A stretch of 64,000 bases of DNA from Chloroflexota bacterium (GTDB lineage Bacteria > Chloroflexota > UBA11872). Below, in pieces: positions 30,009-40,001 of this stretch. The notes below the pieces were generated by a model that made no database searches, was not told the origin of the DNA, and saw nothing but the letters and a program-made list of their open reading frames with translations. The position numbers were made by a program, and so were the translations under genes. The stretch lies in the NCBI GenBank assembly GCA_022824865.1, contig JAJDZD010000072.1, positions 70,848-134,847 of the forward strand. The letters run 5' to 3'. Within the stretch, counting starts at the first letter, position 1. Every line of letters starts with the position of its first letter.

Positions 30009-30836
30009 TTGCGCGTTCCCCTCGACCCGAACAGATCCGAGAAATCGCCGTGGCGTTCGAAAGCTCGGCATGCGGCACTCCCCGTGAGTGATGTCCCGTC
30101 GGCCGCTCGCCCGTGCCGCACGTCAGTGCCGGCCAGCCTCCGCGCCCATTATCGCTGGCTCCTCACCCTCCCCACCCCACCACCCCGGCGCCTCCTTGAC
30201 GTCGGCGCTGGCGACGGCCGCCTCCTCCAAGTCGCCGCCGACCTGGGCATCCCCCACCTAACCGGCCTCGAACGCAAACGCCGCTGGAACCCCGCCAACC
30301 GCGACTTCGCCCCCACCATCGCCGACGCCCACCGCCTCCCCTTCCCAAACGACTCCTTCGACTGCGTCGTCGAAAACGAATCCCTCGAATGGATCAAAAG
30401 CCCCATCCGCTACCTCAAGGAAGCCGCCCGCGTATGCACCCCCAGCGGCCTCGTCATCACCGACGACTCCGACTGGGACACCCTCGTCTACGCCGTCCGG
30501 GACACCGCCCTCGCCCGCCGCGTCTTGCGAGCCTTCTGCGACACCGGCCCCAACGGCTGGATCGGCCGCGCGGCGCCGTCACTCATGCGTCAGGCAGGCC
30601 TGCGCGACATCCAGGTCCACGTCCGCGTCATCACCGAGCGCGAATTCGCCCCCCACACCCTCGGCCACCACCAGGCCCAGATCATCGACGACTGGCTCCG
30701 CCAAACCGGCAACATCACCCCCACCCGACTCGACGACTTCCAGGCCGACCTCCACCACACCGCCCACCGCGGCGATTACCTCTTCACCCTCAACCGCTAC
30801 ATCTGCCTCGGTCGTCCGGCTCCACACTCCTCGTAG
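30009..30836 (+). CDS. Class I SAM-dependent methyltransferase
   Basis: LLDVGAGDGRLL (motif I) and the FDCVVENESLEW region. The start may be the GTG near 30084. Confidence 0.6.
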   Translation: MRVPLDPNRSEKSPWRSKARHAALPVSDVPSAARPCRTSVPASLRAHYRWLLTLPTPPPRRLLDVGAGDGRLLQVAADLGIPHLTGLERKRRWNPANRDFAPTIADAHRLPFPNDSFDCVVENESLEWIKSPIRYLKEAARVCTPSGLVITDDSDWDTLVYAVRDTALARRVLRAFCDTGPNGWIGRAAPSLMRQAGLRDIQVHVRVITEREFAPHTLGHHQAQIIDDWLRQTGNITPTRLDDFQADLHHTAHRGDYLFTLNRYICLGRPAPHSS

Positions 30837-30973
30837 AGTCGGGTCTGAGACCCGCCTCGATCGTCCGCCGCCCAACTCCGTTCGTGGTGAGCCGGCCCGT
30901 AGTCTTCGAAGGGCCGTGTCGAACCACCGGCACGGAGCCTGACCCTGGCCAAAGAGCCCCCTCAAACCACCCG

Positions 30974-31189
30974 CTACCGCCGCCGCCTATCCGGCAGCGA
31001 CATTGCAATCACCAACCCAATTGGTCCCAGGAAAAACCCTACAAAGAACCAGATCGGAACCCACAAATTGCCCCAGACCTCCGGCTCTTCCTTCTTCGAC
31101 GCCACATTTGACGTAGCCACCCCAAACCCAACCGCCACCAGGAACAACACGAAAAACAACGGCTCCGGAATCGCCATCCGCCTGCTCAT
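30974..31189 (-). CDS. Small two-TM membrane protein
   Basis: 71-aa ORF with two hydrophobic helices. Weak support. Confidence 0.35.
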   Translation of the reverse strand: MSRRMAIPEPLFFVLFLVAVGFGVATSNVASKKEEPEVWGNLWVPIWFFVGFFLGPIGLVIAMSLPDRRRR

Positions 31190-31493
31190 TTCGCTGAGCT
31201 AGTCCCCCAACCCTACGCCCCGGCCCTGCGTCTCTCACCCTCCCCGCCCCATTCGTAAGGAGCCCGTCCACGGTGCCAGCCCCCGTTCGTGGTGAGCCGG
31301 TCCGGAGTCTTCGGCGGACCGTGTCGAACCACATCCGTAAGCACCCAACCGCGTATTCTTCCAACCACAACAACCCTCCAGAACTTTTCCCATCCACTTC
31401 CCCTTCGCCGAATTCATCGGTGCCCCTTACGACCTCGGCCTCCAGCACGGCCAGCGTTTCCGCGACCTCGTCCGCCTCCAGCTCGCCGAGACC

Positions 31494-32423
31494 ATGCAAG
31501 GCGCCGCCGACAGCGGCCTCACCGCCGCGGCCGCCCTTGAGTGGGCCCGCCAGCAGCAACCCGCCGTCGAAGCTATTGGCCCCCACTGGATCGACGAGCT
31601 TCAGGGCCTCGCCGACGGCGCCGGCATCCAGTTCGACGAAGCCCTCGCCCTCCAGCTCCGCCCCGGCACCGGCGGACTCCCCGAAGGCTGCACCTCATTC
31701 GCCGCCGTTGGATCCGCCACCGTCGACCGCCAGACCATCTGCGGCCAGAACCGCGACCTCGGCGAGCCCTACCTCCACCGCATGTTCCTCGCCGCGTTCA
31801 GGCCCACCCACGGCCCCCACATCCTCATGCACTGCGTCCCCGGCGAACTCGGCGGCGTCGGCCTCAACAGCCACGGCGTCTGCGTCTTCGCCAACTCCCT
31901 CTGGGGCAAATCCGGTCGCACCTGGATGGCCCCGCCCATCCTCCGCCGCGCCGCCCTCGAATTAGACACGGCCGAAGCTGCCACTCAGCGCATCCGTGCC
32001 ATGTCCGGACCCGCCGTCGGCAACTTCCTCATCGCCGATACCCGCCATGCCCGCAACCTCGAAATCCTGGCCGAAGGCCTCCACGTCACCAATGTCGACG
32101 ACGGCGTCTACGCCCACGCCAACAACTGCACCTCGTCCATCCTCCTCCCCCACGAAGCCACCCGCCGGCCCCTCCCCTACTCCGAAGGCCGCCGCGTCTC
32201 CCTCCAGACCGCCCTCGAGCACCACGCCGGCGCCATCGACACCACCGTCTGCCGCCGCCTCCTCAGCGACGAATCCGGCCGCCCCGAACCCGTCTGCCGC
32301 CCCTTTCGGTCCGGCGACCCCTTCGCCACCATCGCCGCCCTCATCGCCGTCCCCCACACCCAAACCCTCCACCTCAGCTACGGCCCACCCAGCAATAACC
32401 ACTTCACCACCTACCGCCTCTAA
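31494..32423 (+). CDS. Peptidase C45 / acyl-CoA:6-aminopenicillanic-acid acyltransferase-like (Ntn hydrolase); 5-prime end unresolved
   Basis: Gly-Cys autoprocessing site (PEGCTSFAAVG) and downstream family-like sequence. The same frame is open back to 31341 and encodes family-like FAEFIGAPYDLGLQHGQRF, but contains no ATG/GTG/TTG start codon. Confidence 0.55.
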   Translation: MQGAADSGLTAAAALEWARQQQPAVEAIGPHWIDELQGLADGAGIQFDEALALQLRPGTGGLPEGCTSFAAVGSATVDRQTICGQNRDLGEPYLHRMFLAAFRPTHGPHILMHCVPGELGGVGLNSHGVCVFANSLWGKSGRTWMAPPILRRAALELDTAEAATQRIRAMSGPAVGNFLIADTRHARNLEILAEGLHVTNVDDGVYAHANNCTSSILLPHEATRRPLPYSEGRRVSLQTALEHHAGAIDTTVCRRLLSDESGRPEPVCRPFRSGDPFATIAALIAVPHTQTLHLSYGPPSNNHFTTYRL

Positions 32424-32472
32424 CCGCCCCCTCCGCGTCCGCATCCTTGACTCTCGTAGGGGCGCGGTCTCT

Positions 32473-32603
32473 GAGCCTGTTTCATAAGTCGCTCAACCCG
32501 GCGAATTCATGGGTCGACAGGCTCGCCACGAATGGTCCTGAACCTGTAACGCTCGTCCAGAGCTTGTCGAAGGACGAGATTTGGCGACTTATGAAACACC
32601 CTC
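32473..32603. mobile_element. 131-bp MITE-like non-autonomous derivative of the IS at 37998-39667
   Basis: Left end GAGCCTGTTTCATAAG. Right end CTTATGAAACACCCTC, the degenerate inverted copy. Flanked by TCTCT on both sides. Inserted in the loop of a REP-like hairpin (gggcgcggtctct / ctctgacccgccc). Confidence 0.55.
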
Positions 32604-32829
32604 TCTCTGACCCGCCCGTCTTCCTCCACCCTTCTCCGCACTCCCTCTTTGCTCTCACCGCCCACTCCTCTCAGCTCACTCCTTCCTCACCCCCCGTTCG
32701 TGATGATCCTGTCCTGAGCCTGCCGAAGTGGCCGGCCCGGAGTCCTCGGAATGCCGTGTCGAACCATCCCTGTCATTCCGACGGTCCCCCGAGGAATCTC
32801 GACTTTTCCCCTCCCCCTCCTCCTCTTTC

Positions 32830-34284
32830 TCACTGCTCTCCCCTCTTCCCTCTCCCCTTCCCCGGAACAAACATCCCATGCGGCTGCCCAACCACCAGCC
32901 CGCCGTCCCGGCTGAACCCCTCCGGCCGCTCCGCAAGCTCTTGCGCCAACCGCCCTCGCCAGGGCGCAAGACTCGCTTCTGAAGCCAAATCCCGCTCCTC
33001 GTTCGGATCGTCCACCACGTCAAACAAATGCTCCTCGCCCGTCTGGCTGAACCAGATGTACTTATGCCGCTCGTTCACAATCCAGTGATTCCCGTCCGCC
33101 TCCCGGTACTGGCCCGCATGCTCCCCGTGCAGCACGTCCCGCCATTCCGGCGTTTCGCCGCGCATCCACGGCAGCACACTCCGACCCGTCACCGACTCGG
33201 GAATCTCACAGCCCGCCGCGTCCAGCAGCGTCGGCATCACGTCCTGCAGCCCCACCGGCGCCGCCACCTCGACTTGCCTCGGCAACCCCATCGACCGCGG
33301 CGCCCGCGCCAGGAACGGGACGCGGACCGAGGCCTCATACGGCCACGTCTTCGCGAATAGGTGATGATCCCCCAGCATCTCCCCGTGATCCGACACGAAC
33401 ATGATGAACGTGTCGTACAGCAACCCGCGGTCGCGCATGTACTGGAACAGCCGGTTCAACTGCATGTCCACGTGATTCACCAGCCCGTAATAGCCCGCCC
33501 GGCAGTGATGCATCGGCGCCGCGTCCAGGTGCAGCCGTCGGCTCCACCGCTCCATGTCCTCCGAAAGCTCCGGATCCATCCCGCGCCGCGGCCCCTCAAA
33601 CGGCGGAACCCAGTCCCCAACCACCGGTTCCGGCAAATCCATGCGCTCGTACCGGTCAAAGAAGAACGATGGCGGCGTAAACGGCGGATGCGGGTCCATG
33701 AACGACACGTTCAGAAAAAACGGTGCCGTCGGATCGCGCGTTTCCAGGAAATCGATCGCGCGCGACACCGTCCAGAATGTCAGCGTCTTCTCCTCCGGCA
33801 AGTGCGTCGGACGGCCGATCCATCCGTTGGAAGGCGCCCCATTTGCCATCGCCCAGCGGTGCGGCGGAGCCTCGCCGCGCAGCCACGTCAGGTAATCGTT
33901 GTCGCGGCCGCGCGAGCTCTCCGCCAGGTCCATCGCGTCAAAGCCGAATCGGCGCCGCGTCGGTTGCAGGTGCAGCTTGCCGCACAGGTGCGTTTCGTAG
34001 CCCGCGTCTCGCAACTCCCCCGCCAGCGTCGCCGGCGGATCCCACTCCGGATGCCCGGTCATCCCCACCATCCCGTTCGCCGAGGGCGCCTGCCCCGACA
34101 TCAGCACCCGGCGCGCCGGAACGCACGACGGACACTCCGAATACCCGCGCCGGAAATGCGTCCCCGAAGCCCCGATCCAATCCATCGCCGGCGTCTCCAA
34201 CACCGGATGCCCATCCAACCCCAGCGCATCTCCCCGCTGCTGATCCGTCACAACCAACAAAACATTCGGCCGCCCCTCACCCAT
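32830..34284 (-). CDS. Sulfatase (arylsulfatase family), copy 1
   Basis: Start ATG 34284 with a GGAAGGAG RBS. Sulfatase motif SCVPARRVLMSGQ (C-x-P-x-R) and VLLVVTDQQRGD. About 90% identical to 36419-37876. Confidence 0.8.
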   Translation of the reverse strand: MGEGRPNVLLVVTDQQRGDALGLDGHPVLETPAMDWIGASGTHFRRGYSECPSCVPARRVLMSGQAPSANGMVGMTGHPEWDPPATLAGELRDAGYETHLCGKLHLQPTRRRFGFDAMDLAESSRGRDNDYLTWLRGEAPPHRWAMANGAPSNGWIGRPTHLPEEKTLTFWTVSRAIDFLETRDPTAPFFLNVSFMDPHPPFTPPSFFFDRYERMDLPEPVVGDWVPPFEGPRRGMDPELSEDMERWSRRLHLDAAPMHHCRAGYYGLVNHVDMQLNRLFQYMRDRGLLYDTFIMFVSDHGEMLGDHHLFAKTWPYEASVRVPFLARAPRSMGLPRQVEVAAPVGLQDVMPTLLDAAGCEIPESVTGRSVLPWMRGETPEWRDVLHGEHAGQYREADGNHWIVNERHKYIWFSQTGEEHLFDVVDDPNEERDLASEASLAPWRGRLAQELAERPEGFSRDGGLVVGQPHGMFVPGKGRGKRGEQ

Positions 34285-34365
34285 CACCCCTACTCCTTCC
34301 CCGTCCAACCCTCACGACTCCCCCCACCACAAACCCTATACCCCCATCCGGCCCCTCTTTCGTAC

Positions 34366-34386
34366 GGGCGGGTCTCTGACCCGCCC
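34366..34386. repeat. REP-like perfect hairpin GGGCGGGTC-TCT-GACCCGCCC (intact copy)
   Basis: 9-bp stem and 3-nt loop, followed by the conserved GTCTTCCGCTCGTGATC tail. The same unit recurs at 36169-36189 and, interrupted, at 32459-32616 and 37985-39680. Confidence 0.7.
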
Positions 34387-34642
34387 GTCTTCCGCTCGTG
34401 ATCTACTGGCCGCCCCCGCATATTTCGTACAGACCGCCTTTCGATCCCGCCCGTCGTCCTCTTCCTCTTCCTCGGCCACCCGCGAATCATTACCCTCTCC
34501 TGGGAGACCTTTGCAAAACGCCTCTCGACCTCGAAAATGTGTCCGCTCTTAATCCCTCTCCTGGGGGAGAGGGTTGGGGTGAGGGGTCTTCCGCGCAACC
34601 AACGATGGGTTACGCAAAGGTCTCATTAGGGAGAGATATGTC

Positions 34643-36127
34643 GTGAGCCACACGCCCGCAAACGCGCGCAGCCCCAACGTCCTCATCGTCCTCTGCGACC
34701 AGCTCCAACGCGACTTCGTCGGCGCCTACGGCCATCCCCTCGCCCACACCCCCAACATCGACCGCCTGGCTGCCCGCGGCGTCAAGCTCGCCCATGCCTA
34801 CGTGCCCAAGCCCCAGTGCGCCCCTGCCCGCGCCTCCATGTTCACCGGCCGCTATCCCCACCAGCACCAGCTCATGATGAACAACGCCGCCATCACCTGG
34901 CAGACCCCCGTCGGCCCCCTCGCCAACCGCCCCGACCTGCCCGAGACTGTCCCCTCCCTCGGCCAGGCCTTCCAGGCCGCCGGCTACCGACTCGGCTACA
35001 CCGGCCCCTGGCACATGGGCAACGACGAAACCCCCCAGCACGGCTTCACCGACTTCTGGCGCACCTATCGCTACTGGCAAGACGGCCGCGACTACTACGT
35101 CCAGTACCTGGAAAAGCTCGGCCTGGACCAACTATTTCACGACGAGCATCAGCGCGCCAACATGGCCCGCGCCGCCCGCACCGATCACGCCCAGCCGTCC
35201 ATGGCCACCGAGATCCCAACGGAGCACACCCGCACCGCCTGGGCCGTCAGGCAGACCCTGGAGTTCCTCGATAGCGCCGACACCCGCCCCTGGCTCTTCT
35301 GCTGCTCCATCAAAGACCCCCATCCCCCCGTCCTGCCGCCCCCCGAATTCGCCGACCTCGTCTCACCCGACGACGTCCGCTTCGTCCCCTCCTGGGTCGA
35401 CGACCTCTCGGACAAACCCGCCCTCCAGCGCGACTCCGCCAGCGTCCGCTGGACCTCCTACATGACCGACGACCAGTGGCGTCAATACATCGCCCACTAC
35501 CACGGCCTCAACGCCCACATCGACACCGAAGTCGGTCGGCTACTACAGGGCCTCGACCAGCGCGGCCTCACCGGCAACACCCTCGTCATCTTCCTCTCCG
35601 ACCACGGCGAAATGATGGGCTCCCACCACATGGCCCACAAAGGCCCCTACATGTACGAAGACGTCTACGCCATCCCCTTCATCGCCCACTGGCCCGGCCA
35701 TGTCGAAGGCGGCCGTACCCACCCCGACCTCTTCTCCACCGTCGACTTCACCCCCTCCCTCGGCGCCCTCTGTGGCGTGCCCGTCGATGCCGGCGCCGGC
35801 CTCGACCAGTCCGCCGTGCTCACCGATGGCGAGACGGGCCCCCGCGACGCCATCTTCGCCGAGTTCTACGGCCAGGGCTCCGAGGCCGAACGCGGCCTCA
35901 TGGCCATCAAATCCATCCGCACCCACGACTGGAAACTCAACATCTACCTCAACGACCGCTCCGAGCTCTACCACCTCGCCACCGACCCCCACGAACTCAC
36001 CAACCTCATCGACCACCCCGACCACCAGGCCACCAAACGCCACCTCGCCCACCGCATCCTCCACTGGCTCCGCCAAACCGACGACCCCCTAACCGAGGTC
36101 TTCGCCAACGAAGCCGTATCCACCTAG
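34643..36127 (+). CDS. Sulfatase (arylsulfatase family), distinct subfamily
   Basis: GTG start 34643 with a GGGAGAG RBS. PQCAPARASMFTGRYP (C-x-P-x-R), VLIVLCDQLQRD, DHGEMMGSHH. Confidence 0.85.
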   Translation: MSHTPANARSPNVLIVLCDQLQRDFVGAYGHPLAHTPNIDRLAARGVKLAHAYVPKPQCAPARASMFTGRYPHQHQLMMNNAAITWQTPVGPLANRPDLPETVPSLGQAFQAAGYRLGYTGPWHMGNDETPQHGFTDFWRTYRYWQDGRDYYVQYLEKLGLDQLFHDEHQRANMARAARTDHAQPSMATEIPTEHTRTAWAVRQTLEFLDSADTRPWLFCCSIKDPHPPVLPPPEFADLVSPDDVRFVPSWVDDLSDKPALQRDSASVRWTSYMTDDQWRQYIAHYHGLNAHIDTEVGRLLQGLDQRGLTGNTLVIFLSDHGEMMGSHHMAHKGPYMYEDVYAIPFIAHWPGHVEGGRTHPDLFSTVDFTPSLGALCGVPVDAGAGLDQSAVLTDGETGPRDAIFAEFYGQGSEAERGLMAIKSIRTHDWKLNIYLNDRSELYHLATDPHELTNLIDHPDHQATKRHLAHRILHWLRQTDDPLTEVFANEAVST

Positions 36128-36418
36128 CACGTCAAGTCAGAACCCCGCCCTGATTCCGTCTGTCGTAGGGGCGGGTCCTCGACCCGCCCGTCTTCCGCGC
36201 AACCACCAGCCCCTACCCATTCGTGGTGAGCCGGTCCGCTGCCGTGTGGCCCAGGCTGCGCCCAACCTGGGACCCTCCGCCGGGGACCACACCCCCGCAC
36301 TACCCAACCCACCCCGCCAATCCCCCTCCGTCATCCCGGCGTCCCCAGAGAGCCTGCCCTGAGCTTGCCGAAGAGCCTGCCCTGAGCCTGTCGAAGGGGG
36401 ATCCAGTCTTCCTCCCCT

Positions 36419-37876
36419 CTAACTCCTCTTCCCTCTCCCCTCTCCCTTTCCGCCCGGAACAAACATCCCATGCGGCTGCCCAACAACCAGGCCACCGTCC
36501 CGGCTAAACCCCTCCGGCCGATCCGCCAGCTCCTCCGCTAACCGCCCCCGCCACGGACCAAGATCGGTGTTTGGTGCCAGATCCCGCTCCTCATTCGGAT
36601 CCTCCACCACGTCAAACAAATGCTCCTCGCCCGTCTGGCTGAACCAGATGTACTTGTGCCGCTCATTCACGATCCAGTGATTCCCGTCCGCCTCCCGGTA
36701 CTGCCCCGCGTGCTCCCCGTGCAGCACGTCGCGCCACTCCGGTGATTCCCCACGCATCCACGGCAGCACGCTGCGACCCGTCACCGATTCCGGAATCTCA
36801 CAGCCCGCCGCATCCAGCAGCGTCGGCATCACGTCCTGCAGACCCACCGGCGCCGCCACCTCCACCTGGCTGGGGAATCCCATCGACCGCGGCGCCCGCG
36901 CCAGGAACGGCACCCGAACCGACGCCTCGTACGGCCACGTCTTTGCGAATAAGTGGTGATCGCCCAGCATCTCCCCGTGATCCGACACAAACATGATGAA
37001 CGTGTCATACAGCAAGCCCTTATCCCGCATGTACTGGAACAACCGGTTCAGCTGCATGTCCACGTGATTCACCAGCCCGTAATAGCCCGCCCGGCAGTGG
37101 TGCATCGGCGCCGGGTCCAGGTGCAGTCGACGGCTCCATCGCTCGGTGTGCTCGGAAAGCTCCGGATCCATCCCGCGCCGCGGCCCCGGGAACTCCGGCA
37201 CCCAGTCGCCAATCACCGGCTCCGGCAGGTCCATGCGCTCATACCGGTCGAAAAAGAACGCCGGCGGCGTAAACGGCGGATGCGGATCCATGAACGAGAC
37301 GTTCAGGAAGAACGGCGCCGTCGGATCGCGCCTCTCAAGGAAGTCGATTGCTCGCGACACCGTCCAGAACGTCTGCGTTTTCTCCTCCGGCAGATGCGTC
37401 GGACGTCCGATCCATCCGTTCGAGGGCGCCCCATGGGCCATCGCCCAGCGGTGCGGCGGCGCCTCGCCCCGCAGCCACGTCAGGTAATCGTTGTCCAGGG
37501 TGCGCGAGCTGTTCGCCAGGTCCATCGCCTCAAACCCAAAGCGCCGCCGCGTCGGTTGCAGGTCCAGCTTGCCGCTCATGTGTGTTTCATAGCCCACGTC
37601 GCGCAACTCGCCTGCCACCGTCGCCGCCGGATCCCATTCCGGGTGCGAGATCATCCCCGCCATCCCGTTCGCCGACGGCGCCTGCCCCGACATCAGCACC
37701 CGGCGCGCCGGAGCACACGACGGATACTCCGTGTACCCCCGCCGGAAATGCGTCCCCGAAGCCCCAATCCAATCCATCGCCGGCGTCTCCAGCACCGCAT
37801 GCCCATCCAACCCCAGCGCATCCCCCCGCTGCTGATCCGTCACAATCAACAAGACATTCGGCTGCCCCTCACCCAT
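36419..37876 (-). CDS. Sulfatase, copy 2 (paralog of 32830-34284)
   Basis: Start ATG 37876 (MGEGQPNVLLIVTDQQRGD). SCAPARRVLMSGQ motif. The flanking non-coding sequence is also duplicated. Confidence 0.8.
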   Translation of the reverse strand: MGEGQPNVLLIVTDQQRGDALGLDGHAVLETPAMDWIGASGTHFRRGYTEYPSCAPARRVLMSGQAPSANGMAGMISHPEWDPAATVAGELRDVGYETHMSGKLDLQPTRRRFGFEAMDLANSSRTLDNDYLTWLRGEAPPHRWAMAHGAPSNGWIGRPTHLPEEKTQTFWTVSRAIDFLERRDPTAPFFLNVSFMDPHPPFTPPAFFFDRYERMDLPEPVIGDWVPEFPGPRRGMDPELSEHTERWSRRLHLDPAPMHHCRAGYYGLVNHVDMQLNRLFQYMRDKGLLYDTFIMFVSDHGEMLGDHHLFAKTWPYEASVRVPFLARAPRSMGFPSQVEVAAPVGLQDVMPTLLDAAGCEIPESVTGRSVLPWMRGESPEWRDVLHGEHAGQYREADGNHWIVNERHKYIWFSQTGEEHLFDVVEDPNEERDLAPNTDLGPWRGRLAEELADRPEGFSRDGGLVVGQPHGMFVPGGKGEGRGKRS

Positions 37877-37997
37877 CACCCCTACTCCTTCCCCATCCAA
37901 CCCTCGCCAATCCCCCACCACAAACCCTATACCCCCATCCGTTCGTGGTGAGCCCTGTCGAACCACCCGGCCCCTATCTTCGTAGGGGCGGGTCTCT

Positions 37998-39667
37998 GAG
38001 CCTGTTTCATAAAGTGGGTGGTGTTGCGTGACGGCGCCGCCGGCCAGCGGGCCGGCGTGGGTGGAGGTGAGGGGGTATGCCGCATCGACCGATGAGCCGC
38101 GAGCAGCAATGGCTGCTGCCTCCGAGCCTGGACGAGCTGGTGCCGGCCGATCATCCGGCCCGCTTCGTGGCCGAGTTCGTCGATGCCCTCGACGGCGGCG
38201 CCTGGGCTGCCATGGGCATCGACCTCGCCGGGGATCCCCTGGGCGCGCCGGCCTACCACCCGCGGGCGCTGCTGAGTGTCTGGGTGTACGGCTTCATGAC
38301 CGGGGTCCGGTCGAGTCGGAAGTTGGAGGCGGCCTGCCGGGAGCAACTGCCGTACCTGTGGCTGACGGGGTGCCAGACGCCGGATCACATCACCTTGTGG
38401 CGGTTCTACGCCGTCCATCGAGCCGGGATGCGGCAGCTGTTCACGCGCACGGTCCGGATGGCGCTGCGGCTGCAGCTGGTGGCGTTGGCGGTGCAGGCCG
38501 TGGACGGCACCAAAGTCGACGCCAACGCCAGCGGGGCCCGGACCTACGATTCGGCGGGGCTGCGCCGGCTGCTGGACCGGGTGGAGGGCGCGATCGACGA
38601 CCTGGAAGCGCAGCACGAAGCGGGCGACGAGCCGCGGCCAGCCCGGCTGCCGGCGGCCTTGGCCACCCGGCGGCGGTTACGCACGCAGGTGCGGACGGCC
38701 CTCGCGACGCTGGACCAGCCCACGTCGCCCACGCGGATCAATCTGACCGATGCGGACGCGCCGCTGATGAAGACGCGGCAGGGGGTGCGGCCGGCCTACA
38801 ACGCCCAGGCGATGGTCGCGCCGGTGGCCCGGGGGGCCGCGGGCGGCGGCCGCCTGATCACCGCGGTCGCGGTGGTGGATGACCCGGCCGATGCGGCGCA
38901 GTTGCCGCCCATGCTGGCGCAGGCCGAGGCCGCGACCGGTACGCCAGCGGACCTGACGGTGGCCGATGCGGGCTATCACTCGGGGGCGGCGCTGGCGGCC
39001 TGTGCGCGCCGCGGCCACCGCGTGGCCATGCCGGAGGCGCAGGCGCGGGCCCTGCAGCAGCCGTATCACAAGGACCGCTTCAGCTACGAGGCGGCGCGCG
39101 ACCGCTATCGCTGTCCGGCCGGGCAGTGGCTGCGCTTCACGCGCACGAAGACCACGCAGGGCACCGCCATGCGGCTCTACCGGGCCTCCGGGGCCGTCTG
39201 CCGGGCCTGTCCGGCCTTCGGAATCTGTACGACCGACGGGCGGCATGGACGCGGCTTGGAAATCGGGCCGCACGACGCCCTGCTACGGCGGCATCGGGCC
39301 TGGATGGCCACGCGCGCGGCCCAGCACTGGGTAGCGCAGCGCCCGGCCCTCGTCGAACCCGTCTTCGGCATCATCAAAGACCAGCAAGGGGCTCGCCGCT
39401 TCCTGCTGCGCGGGCTGGCCAATGTCAAGGCCGAGTGGGCCCTGCTCGCCACCGCCTTCAACCTGCGCACGCTCTGGCGGCTCTGGCGGGCGCCACCCAC
39501 CGAACCCGCCGGGTGGGATGCGGCGATGACCACCGCTGGCGCGCCCGCCTAGCCCCCGGTGACGCCTCAGCGCGTCGGCGCAGCCTCGTCACATCGCCGG
39601 AAGCCACCCGTCCAGGCCGCACGATGGCGTGAGCCTGCCCCCTGAATACGCCTAATGAAACAGGCTC
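37998..39667 (+). mobile_element. IS element (1670 bp), IS5/IS1182-family, with 13-bp terminal inverted repeats and 4-bp CTCT target-site duplication
   Basis: TIR GAGCCTGTTTCAT at 37998-38010 and its reverse complement ATGAAACAGGCTC at 39655-39667. CTCT at 37994-37997 and 39668-39671. Removing the element plus one CTCT regenerates the REP hairpin GGGCGGGTCTCTGACCCGCCC. Confidence 0.7.
38077..39552 (+). CDS. DDE transposase, IS5/IS1182 family (DUF772-type N-terminus)
   Basis: 491 aa. N-terminal LPPSLDELVPADHPARFV and WLTGCQTPDHITLWRF. DDE region with DAGYHS. C-terminal LLRGLANVKAEWALLATAFNLRTL is typical of this family. Confidence 0.8.
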   Translation: MPHRPMSREQQWLLPPSLDELVPADHPARFVAEFVDALDGGAWAAMGIDLAGDPLGAPAYHPRALLSVWVYGFMTGVRSSRKLEAACREQLPYLWLTGCQTPDHITLWRFYAVHRAGMRQLFTRTVRMALRLQLVALAVQAVDGTKVDANASGARTYDSAGLRRLLDRVEGAIDDLEAQHEAGDEPRPARLPAALATRRRLRTQVRTALATLDQPTSPTRINLTDADAPLMKTRQGVRPAYNAQAMVAPVARGAAGGGRLITAVAVVDDPADAAQLPPMLAQAEAATGTPADLTVADAGYHSGAALAACARRGHRVAMPEAQARALQQPYHKDRFSYEAARDRYRCPAGQWLRFTRTKTTQGTAMRLYRASGAVCRACPAFGICTTDGRHGRGLEIGPHDALLRRHRAWMATRAAQHWVAQRPALVEPVFGIIKDQQGARRFLLRGLANVKAEWALLATAFNLRTLWRLWRAPPTEPAGWDAAMTTAGAPA

Positions 39668-40001
39668 CTCTGACCCGCCCGTCTTCCGCTCGTGATCGAC
39701 GGGCCGCCCCCGCCTCTTTCGCAGGCGCGTCATCTCCGACCCGCCCGTCTTCCTCTTCCTCCGCCATCCCGGCGTCTCCGGCCGGGACCCAGCAGCACCC
39801 AACAACCCGAACGCATCCAAGCCATCCCTGGCAACCCACCCAGACCAAATGCTCCCAACCGTCCCCTCCGCCTCCCACTACTCACTGCTCTCCGCTCACT
39901 CCCTCCCCACCCGCCATCGCCCTGTCCCACGCCGCCGTCATCGGCGACGGTGACCGCCGACGCTACAATCGGATCACCGGACGGGTCACTGGAGAGCTTC
40001 A

